A stretch of 40,787 nt of DNA from Octopus bimaculoides. Taxonomy: Eukaryota. Position 1 is the first letter of the stretch. Every line of letters starts with the position of its first letter. A program made the position numbers and the translations under genes. Shown in pieces: positions 24,976-38,747 of the stretch. The notes under the pieces were generated by a model. The model saw nothing but the letters and a program-made list of their open reading frames with translations, ran no database searches and had not been told where the DNA came from. The stretch spans positions 36,580,815 through 36,621,601 of the forward strand of contig NC_068981.1 of assembly GCF_001194135.2 (NCBI RefSeq), given 5' to 3'.

Positions 24976-25185
24976 GCGTTGATATCAAAACCTTAAAATG
25001 AGGTTTATAATGTTAATTTTTTTTTTCTTGAATTAGATAGTTGCATAGTACTTCTACCCAGAGCCATCTGATATATTAGTCTCTCACATTACCCGTACTG
25101 CATCTCACCTCCAAGCCCAGTACTAACCAATTTATGTAATCTATTATCTCTAAGTATCAACCTCTTGGAATACCCTTCCACTTAC

Positions 25186-25256
25186 GTTTTTCCTAACATA
25201 CTTTACTTTAAAATACAGATGGTCAAGCTGAACAAAACTTATCACTCTCGAAGGAT
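25186..25256 (-). CDS. Candidate internal exon (PSRVISFVQLDHLYFKVKYVRKN)
   Basis: Minus strand: atatctttcacag| 71 nt |gtaagt; open frame, phase 1-0; no homology recognised. Confidence 0.27.
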
Positions 25257-25547
25257 CTGTGAAAGATATGGTCATTGCTTTTTCGCTAGAAGAAAATTTT
25301 GTTTTGGCACAAAATAAAAACAGGATGACCATAGCTAAAAATGCCAATCAATAGCTATGTGTGATGGTGGGGTGGTGATGGTAGACTTAGTCATGTGTGA
25401 TGTGTAGTGCTAGTGTGTAGTAGTGGTGTGTGAGATTGGTGCATTTGAGTTGGCTGTCTTCTAGCGCTGGTGGCTTGTGTTTCTTGTAGTGTATGTTTGT
25501 GATGATGAACATATATGACAAAAGATGAATCTGCTGGTAGTGTTTTG

Positions 25548-25583
<36 letters not shown>

Positions 25584-26284
25584 TATGTTAGGGATGAGTA
25601 CTTGCATGCTGATGGTGATGGCATGGTTTTTCCCATAGTAGTGTGCACTGGAAGTGGTGATATATGTTTCTGGTTTTGGAATCTGTAAGTGATGGTGGTA
25701 GTGTGTGTGTGTGGGGATTTCAGTTAGCAGTGTTTGCTGCTGATGGCTTGTGTGGACAGTAGCGGTGGTGGTGGTGTCGGGTGATGCTCCTGTTGTTGAT
25801 ATGAAAGATTTGTAGTAAGTAGTACCTTGACACAACAAACAAGAGGTGGGCTTAGGATTGGTGAGTCAAAGGCAGAAGACAAATGGGTCTATGGATATCA
25901 CATGATAGGGAGCTGGGGTGAGGGGAATTCGAGGAAGTTTGACACACTCATAAATTCCAAGACACATACATAGTTCCTTACATATCCATGCAACATGATA
26001 CACATATAAGCACACAGGTATGCAAAGCACATTCTTACATACAGAAATATGTGCATACTAAATACACACATAGACACTTGCATGCATATCATTATGCATA
26101 TATAAATAAATACACATATGCTCACATGCATACATTGAAATAAACAAGCACAAAGTGGGAGTATACAAAGGCGTATATATTATTCCATATACAAATATAT
26201 ATAAGCGTGCACATATCTACTAATAAAAATAAATACAAACACACATTCATGTAAAGACACATTTACGTAAACTTCCACAGACAT

Positions 26285-26560
<276 letters not shown>

Positions 26561-26925
26561 AATCATATAACATAAAATGTACCCACCATGTAAAAATATA
26601 AATAAATTAAACAAAACAGCATGAAGAAAACAACAATTTCTCATTCCCTCTCTCCACAAACACAAAACAATAAAAATACAGAAAATATCTGCAGAAAAGT
26701 GTGGATTCTATCAGTGTATAGAATGTAGCTGCTTCATGGCAGAATCTCTGGTGACATCCACTGCTAAGATGATAAGAAGTGAACAGATAGTGAAAAATCT
26801 GATTTATTTATTATTGTTATTATTTTTGCAATGTACAAGGATGAGGTTTGTAAGGAGAAAGAATATCAGTCATGAATCAACTCTTTGCCCCTCAATATAT
26901 ATAGACTTTTTTTTTTAAATTTTTA

Positions 26926-27243
26926 GTGATGTGCATAGCTTAGTGGTAAGGGTTTTTGGCTTATGATCATTAGGTCATAAGTTCGATTACTGGTAGTGTG
27001 TTGTATCCTTGAGCAGGATACTTTATTGCTCCAATTCTCAGATGGTAGAAATGAGTCATACTGAAATTCAAACGGCCAGCCTTATCACGTTCTGTGTGTC
27101 ACACTGTATCTTTCTGAGAACTTCATTAAGGATATGTGTGTTTGTGGAGTGCTCAGCCACTTGCACATTAATTGCATGAATTGACTGTTCCATTGATCTG
27201 ATCAACTGGAACACTAGTTGTTCTACCAATGAGGTGCCAGATT
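26926..27243 (+). mobile_element. tRNA-derived SINE family C, near full length
   Basis: A box tagcttagtggt, B box agttcgattac, core ccttgagcaggatactttattgctcc, tail gatctgatcaactggaacact. Confidence 0.7.
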
Positions 27244-27539
27244 TTTATATAAATTTTTAAATTTCATTGACTTAAAAATGGAAAACAAAGTTGATTCCTA
27301 ATGGAGTTTGTATACAGCACTGTAAAAATTTGAACTAATTCAACTACAGTTGTTTGATTAACTAAATAACCAGATTCTCTGCATTAGTGTAAGTGAATGA
27401 ATATTCCACAGACATGTGTACTATGCCACAAATACAATTCTCAAACAGGATCAATGTGACAATGCATGATAGGGCAGGATCTCTAAATTCCCTCCCTTCT
27501 ATCAAAGGAGCACAGGTATTTTCACACACACACACGTAT

Positions 27540-27700
27540 ACACATGGTGGAATTTCTGCTTACTAAATGCACTCACAAGGCTTTATTCAGCCCAAAGCTA
27601 TAATAAGAAACACTTGCCAAAGGAGCTGTACAGTGAGACTGAGCATGAAACCATGTGATTGGAAAATGAACTTCTTACCCACCCAGCAATGCCTGCACCT
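27540..27700 (-). mobile_element. SINE family B 5' fragment
   Basis: cactcacaaggcttt...ataataagaaacacttgcc...aaccatgtgattggaaaatgaacttcttacc is the reverse complement of the family B head. Confidence 0.6.
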
Positions 27701-28257
27701 ATCCATGCTGGCATCTTTACATGCCTAGGTACATTCATTTGATGGGCTTCTACATAGTTTCCATCAATCCAATTTCTCTCACAGGGTATGGGTTGAAATG
27801 AGATTAAATAAAATGCTACTTGTCGAAGATGTCATGCAGCAGAATTGAAACCAACTGTGAAGTGAATTTCTTAATCACTTGGCTATACTGCATGCACAAA
27901 CATCTGAACTAGCATTAGAAAAAATTATAAGTTTTTTTATTTTATGTCTGAAAAAGATTTTGATTTGTCCAGGTGCAAGACCATATTTTCTATGGCCAAC
28001 TGAATTCATTCTAGAACATTACTGATGATTATTTGATTTATTCTGAAGGTATTTAAGACAAAGTCAACCTTGGTATGATATGAACCAAGTATGTTGAGAC
28101 TATATACTCTACTGATACTATGAATTAGCTCTCAAGTCCAATGACAGTAACTTGTTAGAATATTTTGTTTGTTATTAAGCTATGTTTGAATGGTTCCACC
28201 TACATATTGACATAAATGTATGCCTGCATATATTTTCAATTATATAATATGTAAATT

Positions 28258-28266
28258 TATATATAT

Positions 28267-28361
<95 letters not shown>

Positions 28362-28449
28362 TAGATAGATAGATAGATAGATAGGTAGATAGATAGGTAG
28401 ATAGATAGGCAGATAGATAGATAAATCAAAATCTATCAATCTCTTTTTT

Positions 28450-28499
<50 letters not shown>

Positions 28500-28500
28500 T
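28258..28500. repeat. (AT)n-(AGAT)n-(CT)n compound microsatellite
   Basis: Direct reading. Confidence 0.95.
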
Positions 28501-29684
28501 ATATCTATACATACCTATCTATTCATCTATATATATATTATGTATGTATGGGCATATGCAGTTTATATCATTATTCTTTCAAATGTGCAAGTTGACTAAC
28601 AATTTTGATTAGTTATTTTTAACTATTAGAGCAGTCTCTATAGCAAATTGTATGGTTGCATTTTCTCCTTTTAATTAACTTTTCATTTTATTATTTTCCT
28701 GCATGTGCACACAATACGAAACAACATTTAATTTTATATTATAATTTTGAAAAATTTGTAAAGCTTTTACTTTTGGGAAAATAATAGCTTTTACTATTCA
28801 GGAAAATAAAAAAAAAAGGTGGAAATATTTTATTCTATTGCATTGTATAAATTGAATTAGCACTTGTAAAATTCAGAGCTATCTGCATCATCGTGGTTAA
28901 TGGAAAAGTAACGGCTGGAGTCACAAGGAAATAATTGATTCTTACATAAGCATGAATTCCAGAATCAGAGTTGAAATGTTCATATGTTTCCCAAAGGTGA
29001 AAGGAATGTAATGTACACAATAATAATTTCTAATCCACCACCTGGGCAGGCTACATCTTCATCATCTACTTCATTTCACTTTAAAAACAACCTCCTCTTG
29101 TGTTTATCAGCCTTATACCTATATGGTACCATCCAGCTTTTCCTTTCCTCATTGCTCTCATTGTACTCATCTATTACTCCCTTACTCACTGCCTCTTATC
29201 CTCTCATTGTTCCTTTGTCAGAGCTTCTCTGTCTCCTCATCACTCTCTCTAATCTCTCTCCCTCTAGCTTACCCCTCGTGACCTCCACACCACTCTTTCT
29301 TCAATGTCTCTCTCAGAATTTCTCACCACCCTTGTCTATTTCTCCATTTCCACCATACCTTCCATCCACACTCACTCTTATAATGTAGGATAGCCCTGCA
29401 CAACCTGTCTTATCACCATTCCATTCTGTTCCTCCCTTTCTCAACAACCTCTGACACTGATCCCTTCCCTATTCTCTTTTCTTTGCCATATACTCTCCCC
29501 CAACAGTGTCTACTTAAGTTACTCTCTCTACAACCACCTTCTCACAATTATAAATCTATTCCTCTTATCTTACCTTCTACTCTCTTATCACCACATCTAA
29601 AATCATCATACCCTCTTCCTTCTATTCCTGTTTACTTATAGGCACCACTTCAGGTCCACAGTCTTGTAAGTTGCAAGATGATCT

Positions 29685-29842
29685 CACTGAAGTTGCTGCC
29701 ATCCAACTGTAGAAACCATGCCAAAGTAGACATTGGAGTATGACTCAGTCCTGTACCTCACTGGATACTATGGAACTGTCAAACCCATGCCAGTATGAAA
29801 GACATGTTAAACGATAATGATGATGATGATGATGATAATGAT
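29685..29842 (+). mobile_element. Diverged family A-related fragment
   Basis: catccaactgtagaaaccatgccaaagtagacattggag...aaacccatgccagtatgaaagacatgttaaac(GAT)n. Confidence 0.65.
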
Positions 29843-31704
29843 GTCAATGACTGAGGCTACTAAATTTTACTTAATTAGCTAACCCTGTACTATTACAGTC
29901 ATAATTGTTCCCAACTTTGGCTCACGGTTAACAATTTTTACTGGAGGTTGGCAGCGTGTTTGTTAGATATTATGCAATTGACAATGTTGAATATGTTTTA
30001 CTACATTTGACAGTAGTCAGGATATATTGGAATGAGACTATAGAAAAGAAAGCTTGGCTTTTGTTTAAAGGTATATTTTGTAATTTGAAAGCTTATTTCT
30101 TAATATTCTACAGAATGGAGATAATGTGAATTTAGCAAAAAGTTTCTTAGGAAGAATTTACAAATTGTTCTTGTAAATAACATTAAATTTAAGACAAGTC
30201 ATAAAACAGTTAAAGTTTAGATAAATAAATTAGCATGTCATTAAAACTCTGTTCACATGTGTTTTGTAATTAAAACAAACAGAGAAGACTTCAGATCTCT
30301 TTATTTTCAACAATTTCTCTGATCTAATCTTTTACTGGTTTGTACTTAGATGGTAGTGTTGATTGCAAAGCTAGGATTTTCATTATGGAAACATTTCTCA
30401 TTCAGCTTTGTATGCTTCAGGGTGACTCAGGGCAAGTTATTTTACTCTACTTATTTACATCTTTGTAAATGATAGGTTCTCTGACATGATTTCTGAAGAC
30501 AGGTTCTAGGTTATATTTCTGAAGAAATCAAATCATGAAACCTAAATCGATTGGCACAATCAACACATCTGAATTAAAAACAAAATAAAGCTATTTAACA
30601 AATATTCAAATTTGCAGTATGTAAATAGGAATAGGAACTATTAAATTAAATAAAAAGAAAGGTTAAAAAAAAAGTTATAACTATTAATTTTTAAAAAGAA
30701 TTTAGCTAAAGAAACCTTTGGGTTATTTCCAGAATATGGCACTGACATGAAGGTTAAAGCATATAATATGACATTTACAACCATAAAGGAACATAGAAAG
30801 CATGAAATTAATAAGTGAAAATATTAGAAAATGACTATATCATGACTAGATTTTGTTCAGCAGCTGCAAGTGAGACTTACGGAAGTAAGAAGAAGCAAGT
30901 AACAACATGGGATAAATAAGCAAGATAGAAAAGAAGTTTGTACATAGAGCAAGGGTCATGCAAGACAGCAATAATCACAATGGCTGAATGCCAAGAGAGA
31001 TCAAGCAGTAAGAGAGAAGGGAAATGAATGTAAAGATGAAAAGACAGGATAAAATAGGAAAGCTGTAATTAGAGACAAAATATAAAGTATAGCAAAGAAG
31101 AGAACTAGTGAATGTGATATTCAAATGTGCTAATGAGAAAAGGCAATGATGTGTATAGAATAACTAAATAGTTGGTAAAGATATTAAAGATATAATTGAG
31201 AAAAAGTGGGTGTGTAATACTTTGATAAAAAGGACAAAGATGTGTGCAAGTATTATTATAAAATGGAGTTTAATTAAGGTATAAGATGAAAATAAAATGA
31301 CTAATACTCACATTGACCTAACTGCAGTGTATTTAGGTTGTATACATAAAGAATACATAAAAATTCAAAGGCAGATTAAGAGCTGTTCTAATTTATGTAG
31401 ATTCCATATTAATTTCATTGTTTTACATTTTACTAATATAAAAGAGAGAAGGAAAAGCTAAAGGAAATAAGTAGGGGTAACAAGTGACTAAAGGCAAAGT
31501 CATTGCTTTTTTCTTTTTTCTTTAGTCAAAAGGGAAGGGTAGTGCCCATGATCTTTTCCAGGGCCGCTAAGACTACTAGGAGGAAGGGAGTGTGGGAGGG
31601 AGAGAAGAGAGAGGTATACTCAGATATCAGACCTAGCCCAAAAGCTTGTATCAAAGTAGAATCTGCTAAAACACATGAGGATTGGATTAAATTTATTCCC
31701 CTGA

Positions 31705-31930
31705 AATAGTGGGATTATTATTCAGAATGCCAAGAGTCAGAACAGATACTACCAGGTATCATGTCTAACGCTTAATGATTCTGCCAGTCCAGTCCACCAC
31801 TCAAGACTGGTACTTTATTGATTGACCCAGAAAGACTAGGTTGACTTTGGTAGAATAGGAACACAGAATGCAAGAAACCAGAAAATAAATATCACAAGGC
31901 ATTTTGACTGATGTTCTAATGACTGTGATA
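31705..31930 (-). mobile_element. Decayed SINE family D fragment(s)
   Basis: actggtacttttattgattgacccagaaagactaggttgactttggtagaatag is a reverse-complement match to the family D core. Confidence 0.45.
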
Positions 31931-33054
31931 TTTCACTCTATACTACTTAAACATCAATGTATAATTCAGTTTTTTAGTTAAAATATTGCCTGTTACAGCC
32001 ATTTCTAAAAGTGGAATATCACCCACAATATGAATGTTTTACACTCTGTTCCTTTTTGTTTATTTTTCCTTATGTCACTAGTAATATTTCAACACAAATG
32101 GTCAGAGGGTAAAGCTTTCTATTGAAACTGTGGACTCATGGAAAATGAAAGAAATGACTGCATAGAAAAGATTAAAAGAATTTAATCCTCAAAATGTTAT
32201 ACTTGAATATTAGTAATTTACTTTAATAACTAGAACTTGTTAAATCTATTGAGTACCCACAACTGGAAATAAATTATATAATCTAATAAATTCTGACAAT
32301 CGAAAACAAAGATCATGTAAATGAATGCTGCTTTCTAAGAAAAAAATAATATCTATTTTATGTGTTTAAGTAAAATCTTTAAGAGTACAAGTAGAATTCC
32401 AGAAGTGACTGAAGCTATTATCTATAAAACCCCTTAACTCCTTGACAGCTGATTTCCTGACATGATAATAATTACTAATAACAAAAATAACATTTTCTCA
32501 CATAAAAGTCATCTGATTTCAGTATGTGTTGTAACATTATGAAGTATGATGCAGAAATTATGTAAGAAATAGATGTTGTAACCTCCAGATCCAGAATGGT
32601 TTGAATGCTTTTAGTAATTTCGTATTTTATAACAATAAAAGAAACTATTAGACAACAATCCTTGATAAATTTCAGCCTTTATCTTCACTGTACTTGAAGT
32701 AGATAAATTATTGGCCTCCTCAGTTATGCTGTCTATACATTTCATTCTTGTCATGGAGACTTCAGTGAAGATGGATCTTGGTAAGATTCTCAAGTGAAGG
32801 TCACAACACTCTAGACTCATTCAACAACACTAAAATGTAGTAATGAAATATACCAGGAAAAATACTTGCAATGATAAAGCTTTTGTTAGTCAGGAATAAC
32901 ACACAACTGAAATTATCTTGAATATAAAACCACCAGAGTTCTTAGGTGTTAATAAGTTCAGTTGTTGTGAGGAGGGACATAGATCTGACATTACAGACAC
33001 AAGTCTGCCAATGCAGATTTTTCAGTTTCTTTTAATTACTGATTTTACTCTTTA

Positions 33055-33276
33055 AAAGCACCCACTACACTCTCTGAGTGGTTGGCGTTAGGAAGGGCAT
33101 CCAGCTGTAGAAACTCTGCCAAATCAGACTGGAGCCTGGTGTTGCCATCCGGTTTCACCAGTCCNNNNNNNNNNAGCCTGGTGTTGCCATCCGGTTTCAC
33201 CAGTCCTCAGTCAAATCGTCCAACCCATGCTAGCATGGAAAGCGGACGTTAAACGATGATGATGATGATGATGATG
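33055..33276 (+). mobile_element. SINE-like family A copy, young, 5'-truncated
   Basis: Essentially identical to 1556-1730; contains a 10-N gap with duplicated flanks. Confidence 0.85.
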
Positions 33277-33532
33277 AAAAACATTAGGCTTCACAGTCTC
33301 TGATACCATTTTATGTTGACCTAAACCTATAACATAGTTGAAATTGCTCTTCAGATGTTAAATTTTAGATCAAGGGCAGAAATACTTTGATATTTACTGA
33401 CCCTATTCAAAATCAGTTGAAACCCACATTTAATGCTCACATATATAGATTGAGATAACTGCTAGCCACATAAGCATTTCAGATCACATTTAAAGAAAAC
33501 TATCTGATGGATTCACACATCTACATTTGCCA

Positions 33533-34150
33533 GCATGCTATAATTTACCAGTCTGTAATCAGTACTGCCACCACCAATATACTACAACCACAACTTCCTC
33601 CATTTATATGCTACAATAATTTCTCCTGCACAAGTATCCTATAATTACTATTGCTCCTAAGGACATGCTGGAAGAACTGTTAAAGTGGTGGAAAAAAACC
33701 CACCTTGTGGCATTCATTTCAGCTCTTTACTTTCTGAATTCAAATCCAGTCAAGGTCAACTTTGCTTCTTGTTTCTATAGGGTTGAAAAATTAGGTAACA
33801 ATCAAGTCTTCAGGTCAATGGTATAGACTAGCCTCCTCACCCCAAAACTGCTGGCCATATCAACATACTATAGGGATACTATAATCACTACTCCTACCCA
33901 ACATACTACAAGGACTACTCTTCCCATTAGAATACTATAATTACTATTCCAATCCCCAAAGTTCTACAATTACTGCTGCCACCTAGCATGCTTCAATCAT
34001 TACACCCTATAAACATGTTACTTTTACAAACCCCATCAATATTCTACAATCCCTACTGAGCCCTAATCATCCTTCCACCATTCTACAATTCTCTCATAAC
34101 CATCTTGTTACAGTTACTTTGAGTTGCTCATAAACATACTGCTGTTACTA
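33533..34150. repeat. Degenerate ~28 bp minisatellite interrupted by a family D SINE (~33663-33858)
   Basis: Motif (c/t)at(a/g)cta(c/t)aattacta(c/t)tnc(c) recurs about every 27-30 nt on both sides of the SINE. Confidence 0.6.
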
Positions 34151-35324
34151 AAACACTTCCTACTTTCCAGAACATGGATTATATGTGCAATTCCTGTCTT
34201 ATCATATCAATTGTATTTTACTCAACAAACTTTGTAATTTCAGTCTCTCCTTTCCAGAACGTCAACTCTATAGATTCTTGCCCTACCTACTTTCACTTTC
34301 CCTGCAGTTATTAAAGTAGAGAACTTCTATCACATTGATTTTATTTGTATAGAAAGCTGGTCAAATGCTATAGACTAAATAAAATAGTAGAATATCAAAT
34401 AAATTAATATAATTTTGACATTTTTTAACTTTATTTCATAAAGAGTGAAACAAAAGCTCTGAATGGATTGATCAGGAATTTTATTGCCAGCTTATATATT
34501 ATGAAATCACACCTACTGCAGAAATTTTTTTTTTTTGTGCCTCTTGTCAGAAAATATAATTCTATGTGGCTAATTCATCTAGCTTTTAATAATACAGATG
34601 ACATAATCTGATAATGGTTACACTTCAAATTTCTCTCTCTCTGTTTAATTTCTATGTCTAATATATGCATTCTGCTCATTTTCACCCACTCTCACCAAAA
34701 TCTCTCTATAATTCCTTCAAAATTGGTGTTATGAATCAATGTTTTTCTGTGTTGTGTGTGAAAAGTTTATATCTCCCTTAATAAACCTCTTTTATCTCCA
34801 GATATTGTTTGACTTTATTTTCATTTAAAAATTTATTGTAGACTTACTTTGTTCATATTTCTCAAACGGTTCCTACCTGTAATTTCTTCCTTGGCAGTAG
34901 ATATAACCATTTCACTGCACCAATGTATAAACTTCATCTATTTAAGTTTTATTACACTTCTTGTTAATGTTTATATTATTTTCATCATTGTTCAAACTAA
35001 TTATCCAGTAGCTTCCATTCATTTTAAAATGTAACAAACCTGCATCCAGTCAACTTTAAATAGATATTTGATCATTTGCCAACTAATTCTCCTTGCTCAG
35101 TTTAAAACCATTGGATTGTTCTAAACGTTCACTTCTGTCAGATGATCGATTACATGAAACGTGGAGTAACAGTTTGTGATGTTTTTCTGCTTCAGTAAAA
35201 CCCTGAATCATAATTATCATCATCACTTAGTGTCTATTTTCTATGTTGGCATGTATGGGTTGGTTTGACAGGATCTGGCAAGCAACACGGTTGTGATGAG
35301 CACCATTCCAATACATAGATGCAA

Positions 35325-35485
35325 GCATGGGTATTCAGTAAGAAGCTTGCTTCTCAACAACATGGTTCTGAGTTCAGTTCCACTGTGTGGCACCTTGAGC
35401 AAGAGTCTTCTACTATATAGCTCTGGGTAGACCAAAACCTTGTGAGTGGATTTGGTAAATGGAAACTGAAAGGAGCCCATCATGT
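35325..35485 (+). mobile_element. SINE family B 5' part
   Basis: taagaagcttgcttctcaacaacatggttctgagttcagttccac...ggatttggtaaatggaaactgaaaggagccc. Confidence 0.7.
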
Positions 35486-35691
35486 ATATGTGTAAAGCTG
35501 AATGTGCTTGTATAGGTGTGTATCAGCACAGGATTTACTCTGTATATATGTGCATCTATCTATATATGCATGTGTGTGTGGATATATATATATATATATG
35601 CTTTCGGTGCAATCTATATGTATGTATTTACAANNNNNNNNNNNNNNNNNNNNNNNNNNNNNNNNNNNNNNNNNNNNNNNNTATATATATA

Positions 35692-35965
35692 TATCATCAT
35701 CATCATCATCATCATCGTTTAACGTCTGCCTACCATGCTAGCATGGGTTGGACGATTTGACTGAGGACTGGCGAACCAGATGGCTACACCAGGCTCCATC
35801 TGATTTGGCAGAGTTTCTACAGCTGGATGCCCTTCCTAACGCCAACCACTCCGAGAGTGTAGTGGATGCTTTTATGTGCCACCAGCACAAGTGCCAGTAA
35901 GGCGACACTGGTAACGATCACACTCAAATGGTGCTATTTATGTGCCACTGGCATGGAAGCTAGAC
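35692..35965 (-). mobile_element. SINE-like family A copy, young
   Basis: (CAT)n-cgtttaacgtctgcctaccatgctagcatgggttggacgatttgactgagg... Confidence 0.85.
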
Positions 35966-36480
35966 AGCTGCTCTGGCAATGATAGCTGCTCTCTCTCTCT
36001 CTCCATATATATACATATATATATATATATATATGCTTTCGGTGCAATCTATATGTATGTATTTACAACTATAGGTACATCTGTGTGTGTATTTGTATGC
36101 ATACATTTGTATGTATATGGATTTATATTGTGTGTTTTTGTATGCATTTTATGTGTGTATTTATTTATACTTATGTGTATTGATGTGGCTGTTACTGTCT
36201 GATTCTGTATGGTCAATAGGTATATTAATGGGTATAAAAGTATATAGCTGTGTGAGTAAAGTTGTGTAATTTTTTAAGTATGTTATTGCTTATGTACATG
36301 TGCTTTTTTGTAGGTTTGAATATCACTTTTGTTTTACTACAGTTCTTTGGGATAGAAAGTAATTAGAGGCACGGTTAGAAAATGTTATTAAAATTAGGGT
36401 CAATAAGCTTTTATTTGTGGTCTTTTGATCTTTTGATCCTATTTGAAAATTATTTTGTTGGATACTGCCTCTTGGCTTAC

Positions 36481-36563
36481 TCTTTATATCTCCAATTGCA
36501 TGTTCCCTGTTGAATTCATTTATATTATATTTTTGTACATGCGCTTTTATATACTTCTTAAAA
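36481..36563 (-). CDS. Candidate internal exon (FKKYIKAHVQKYNINEFNREHAIGDIK)
   Basis: Minus strand: aaatttttaaaaaacag| 83 nt |gtaagc; phase 2-1, compatible with the phase-1 start of 25256; acceptor only moderate. Confidence 0.18.
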
Positions 36564-36888
36564 CTGTTTTTTAAAAATTTACTACAACTATTTTACTTCT
36601 TCTCCTTATCCCTTCCTTAGATCTGATGCCTTAGTTGATATGAAATTGATGTCTTTATTTTTATTGACCATAAGAAGCTAATTTTACCTAGTCCCCTTCT
36701 TCCATACATTGCATATGTAAAGAGAAAATTTTGCATGTGTACTTTGTGTTGAATCATTGGAAACTGAAAGGAAGAAACCTGGGAAGACAGAAGATACTCA
36801 GCAGCCTTACTAGTTGGCTGGGATCAGATATAATGGACTTCCATGAATTCGAATGCCTACAGAAATGGTAAACAAAAAGATCTCCACC

Positions 36889-37350
36889 TCATCATCATTA
36901 TCATCATCACCATTTAACATTTTCGTCTATGCTGGCATGGGTTTGATGTTTTAAAAGGAGCTCGCAAGCTCGAGAGTTGCACTAGGCTTCATTGTCTGCT
37001 TTGGCATAGCTTCTACAGCTGGATGCCCTCCCTAATGCCAATTACTTTACAGAGTGTACCACATGCATTTTATGTGACACCAGCACCTGTACTTTTTATG
37101 TGGCACCAACACCAGTGAGGTTGTCAAGTAACTTGTGAAAAGAATACCTCTCAGCTGGGAGAGGGAGTAGAACAGAGGGAAGTGGATTTGTATCAGGTGA
37201 CAGGTTAGAGCATAATAGAGGGATGGAGATAGTTGACTTACTACAGAGGAGATACTTAGCTACCCCAGTAGGAAAAGAAAGAAGCAGAAGGAGAGATAGA
37301 GTTAGAGTCTGGGAGAGAGAAAAGTAGATGGTGTTGCAGAGAACGGCAAG
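36889..37350 (-). mobile_element. Family E element (family A-like tail with longer GA-rich body)
   Basis: (CAT)n-ttaac...tgctggcatggg...gctggatgccctccctaatgcc...; colinear with 39249-39700. Confidence 0.6.
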
Positions 37351-37548
37351 TGAAGGCGATACAGTTCTATATTTAAGAGATGAGGAATTATGTACATTAT
37401 TTACATTCGACAGATATTTGTTATCATCTTGTTTGTTGTTAACACGTTTTGGCTGATATACCCTCCAGCCTTCATCAGGTGATTTGGGGAAATTTCAAAC
37501 CTGGGTTCTCATTCCTCATGTATTTTTCGATGTTATTATTTCGATGTT

Positions 37549-37873
37549 ACCATTTTGAGCGTGGCCGTTGCCAGTACTGCCTGACTGACCTTCATTGCCA
37601 GTGCCCCTGGACTGGCTCTTGTGCAGGTGGCACATAAAAGACACCATTTTGAGCGTGGCCATTGCCTGTACCGCCTGACTGGCCTTCATGCAGGTGACGC
37701 ATAAAAGCACCCACTACACTCTCTGAGTGGTTGGCGTTAGGAAGGGCATCCAGCTGTAGAAACTCTGCCAAATTAGATTGGAGCCTGGTGTTGCCATCCG
37801 GTTTCACCAGTCCTCAGTCAAATCGTCCAACCCATGCTAGCATGGAAAGCGGACGTTAAACAATGATGATGAT
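37549..37873 (+). mobile_element. Family A SINE nested in the (AAT)n tract of the Penelope-like fragment
   Basis: Family A modules and tail lie between ...ttcgatgtta and (ATT)n, a region contiguous in the copy at 40457-40500. Confidence 0.85.
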
Positions 37874-37909
37874 TATTATCATTATCATTATTATTATTGT
37901 TATTGTTCT

Positions 37910-37982
37910 GGTCACTGCTTGGAATCGAACTTGGAATCGGGGAGTTAGTAGCCTGTGCTCTTAACCACTACGCCATATGCCC
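37910..37982 (-). other. tRNA-derived pseudo-tRNA cassette (tRNA-Thr-like)
   Basis: 73 nt gggcatatggcgtagtggttaagagc...ctactaa...agttcgattccaagcagtgacc; A and B boxes present, anticodon and T stems poorly paired. Confidence 0.7.
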
Positions 37983-38441
37983 ATGGGCAATTATGGAGTG
38001 AATTTTAGGGCTTATAAATCTAATATTTTTCTATTCTTTCTTAATTCCGGTTCCCATATTCTGCTCATATCTTCACTCGATCTGCTTAGGAGGTTGTTGT
38101 GTCCTAGCATATGAGCTGCTTCTTTTAGTTTTCATATTTTCTAGTGGTGTTCTATGTCTATTATTTTAACTTCATCCCACAGAGGGAGGTGGTCTCCATT
38201 TTTCCATACATGATCAGCTATACCCGATTTATCAATATCTCCTTGTGTCACAGCTTTGTGATGTTCGTCTACCCTTATTTTGAGGTGGGCAGCATGTTTT
38301 GCCTTTGTATGACCTACCATAGCTGCATGGGATGGAGTACAGGCAGAGAGAGAGAGAGAGTGAGAAAGGGGTGAGAGAGCAAAGGAGAAAGGGTGGGAAA
38401 GAGAGAGAAAGAGAGAGAGAGAGGGAGTGGGAGAGGGAGAG

Positions 38442-38496
<55 letters not shown>

Positions 38497-38747
38497 TGTA
38501 ATTTCTAATGCTTTACTGATTAAGCTTACCTGAAGTATATATTAAATATATCGATAATGACTTAATATGTATTGCAAATAGATATTGATAAATCTTCAAT
38601 GAAAAATTTTAAAATGAAAATAAAATGAAGTGGATTATTGAAAATATTTAATGAGTTTTTCAGCTGTGAAGTGAATGATGTTGTCTGTTGCTTCCCTACT
38701 TAAGTTGAACAAAAATATTTATTAGATGTATAAGTGTATGCAATACA

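Larger units (their letters stand above)
37362..38265 (-). mobile_element. Penelope-like element 3' fragment (GIY-YIG remnant, tRNA-like cassette, hammerhead-like core), interrupted by family A SINE
   Basis: Reverse complement encodes EHHKAVTQGDIDKSGIADHVWKNGDHLPLWDEVKIIDIEHH*KI*KLKE; roughly 90% identical by eye to 40098-40673. Confidence 0.85.

Noticed and set aside
32676-32780. Plus-strand exon candidate FIFTVLEVDKLL...MDL; similar candidates near 11590-11715, 18294-18408, 30114-30172 and 30351-30420
   Set aside because: No recognisable product or consistent exon chain; this many is expected by chance, and the 18.3 kb one shares a motif with 31535-31565, suggesting repeat origin.
33133-33205. 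Direct repeats flanking 10-N gaps (also 4420-4486)
   Set aside because: Overlapping contig ends joined with Ns; assembly artefact.
35590-36070. gctttcggtgcaatctatatgtatgtatttacaa duplicated around a family A copy
   Set aside because: The left copy ends at an N gap, so a long target duplication cannot be separated from haplotype or assembly duplication.
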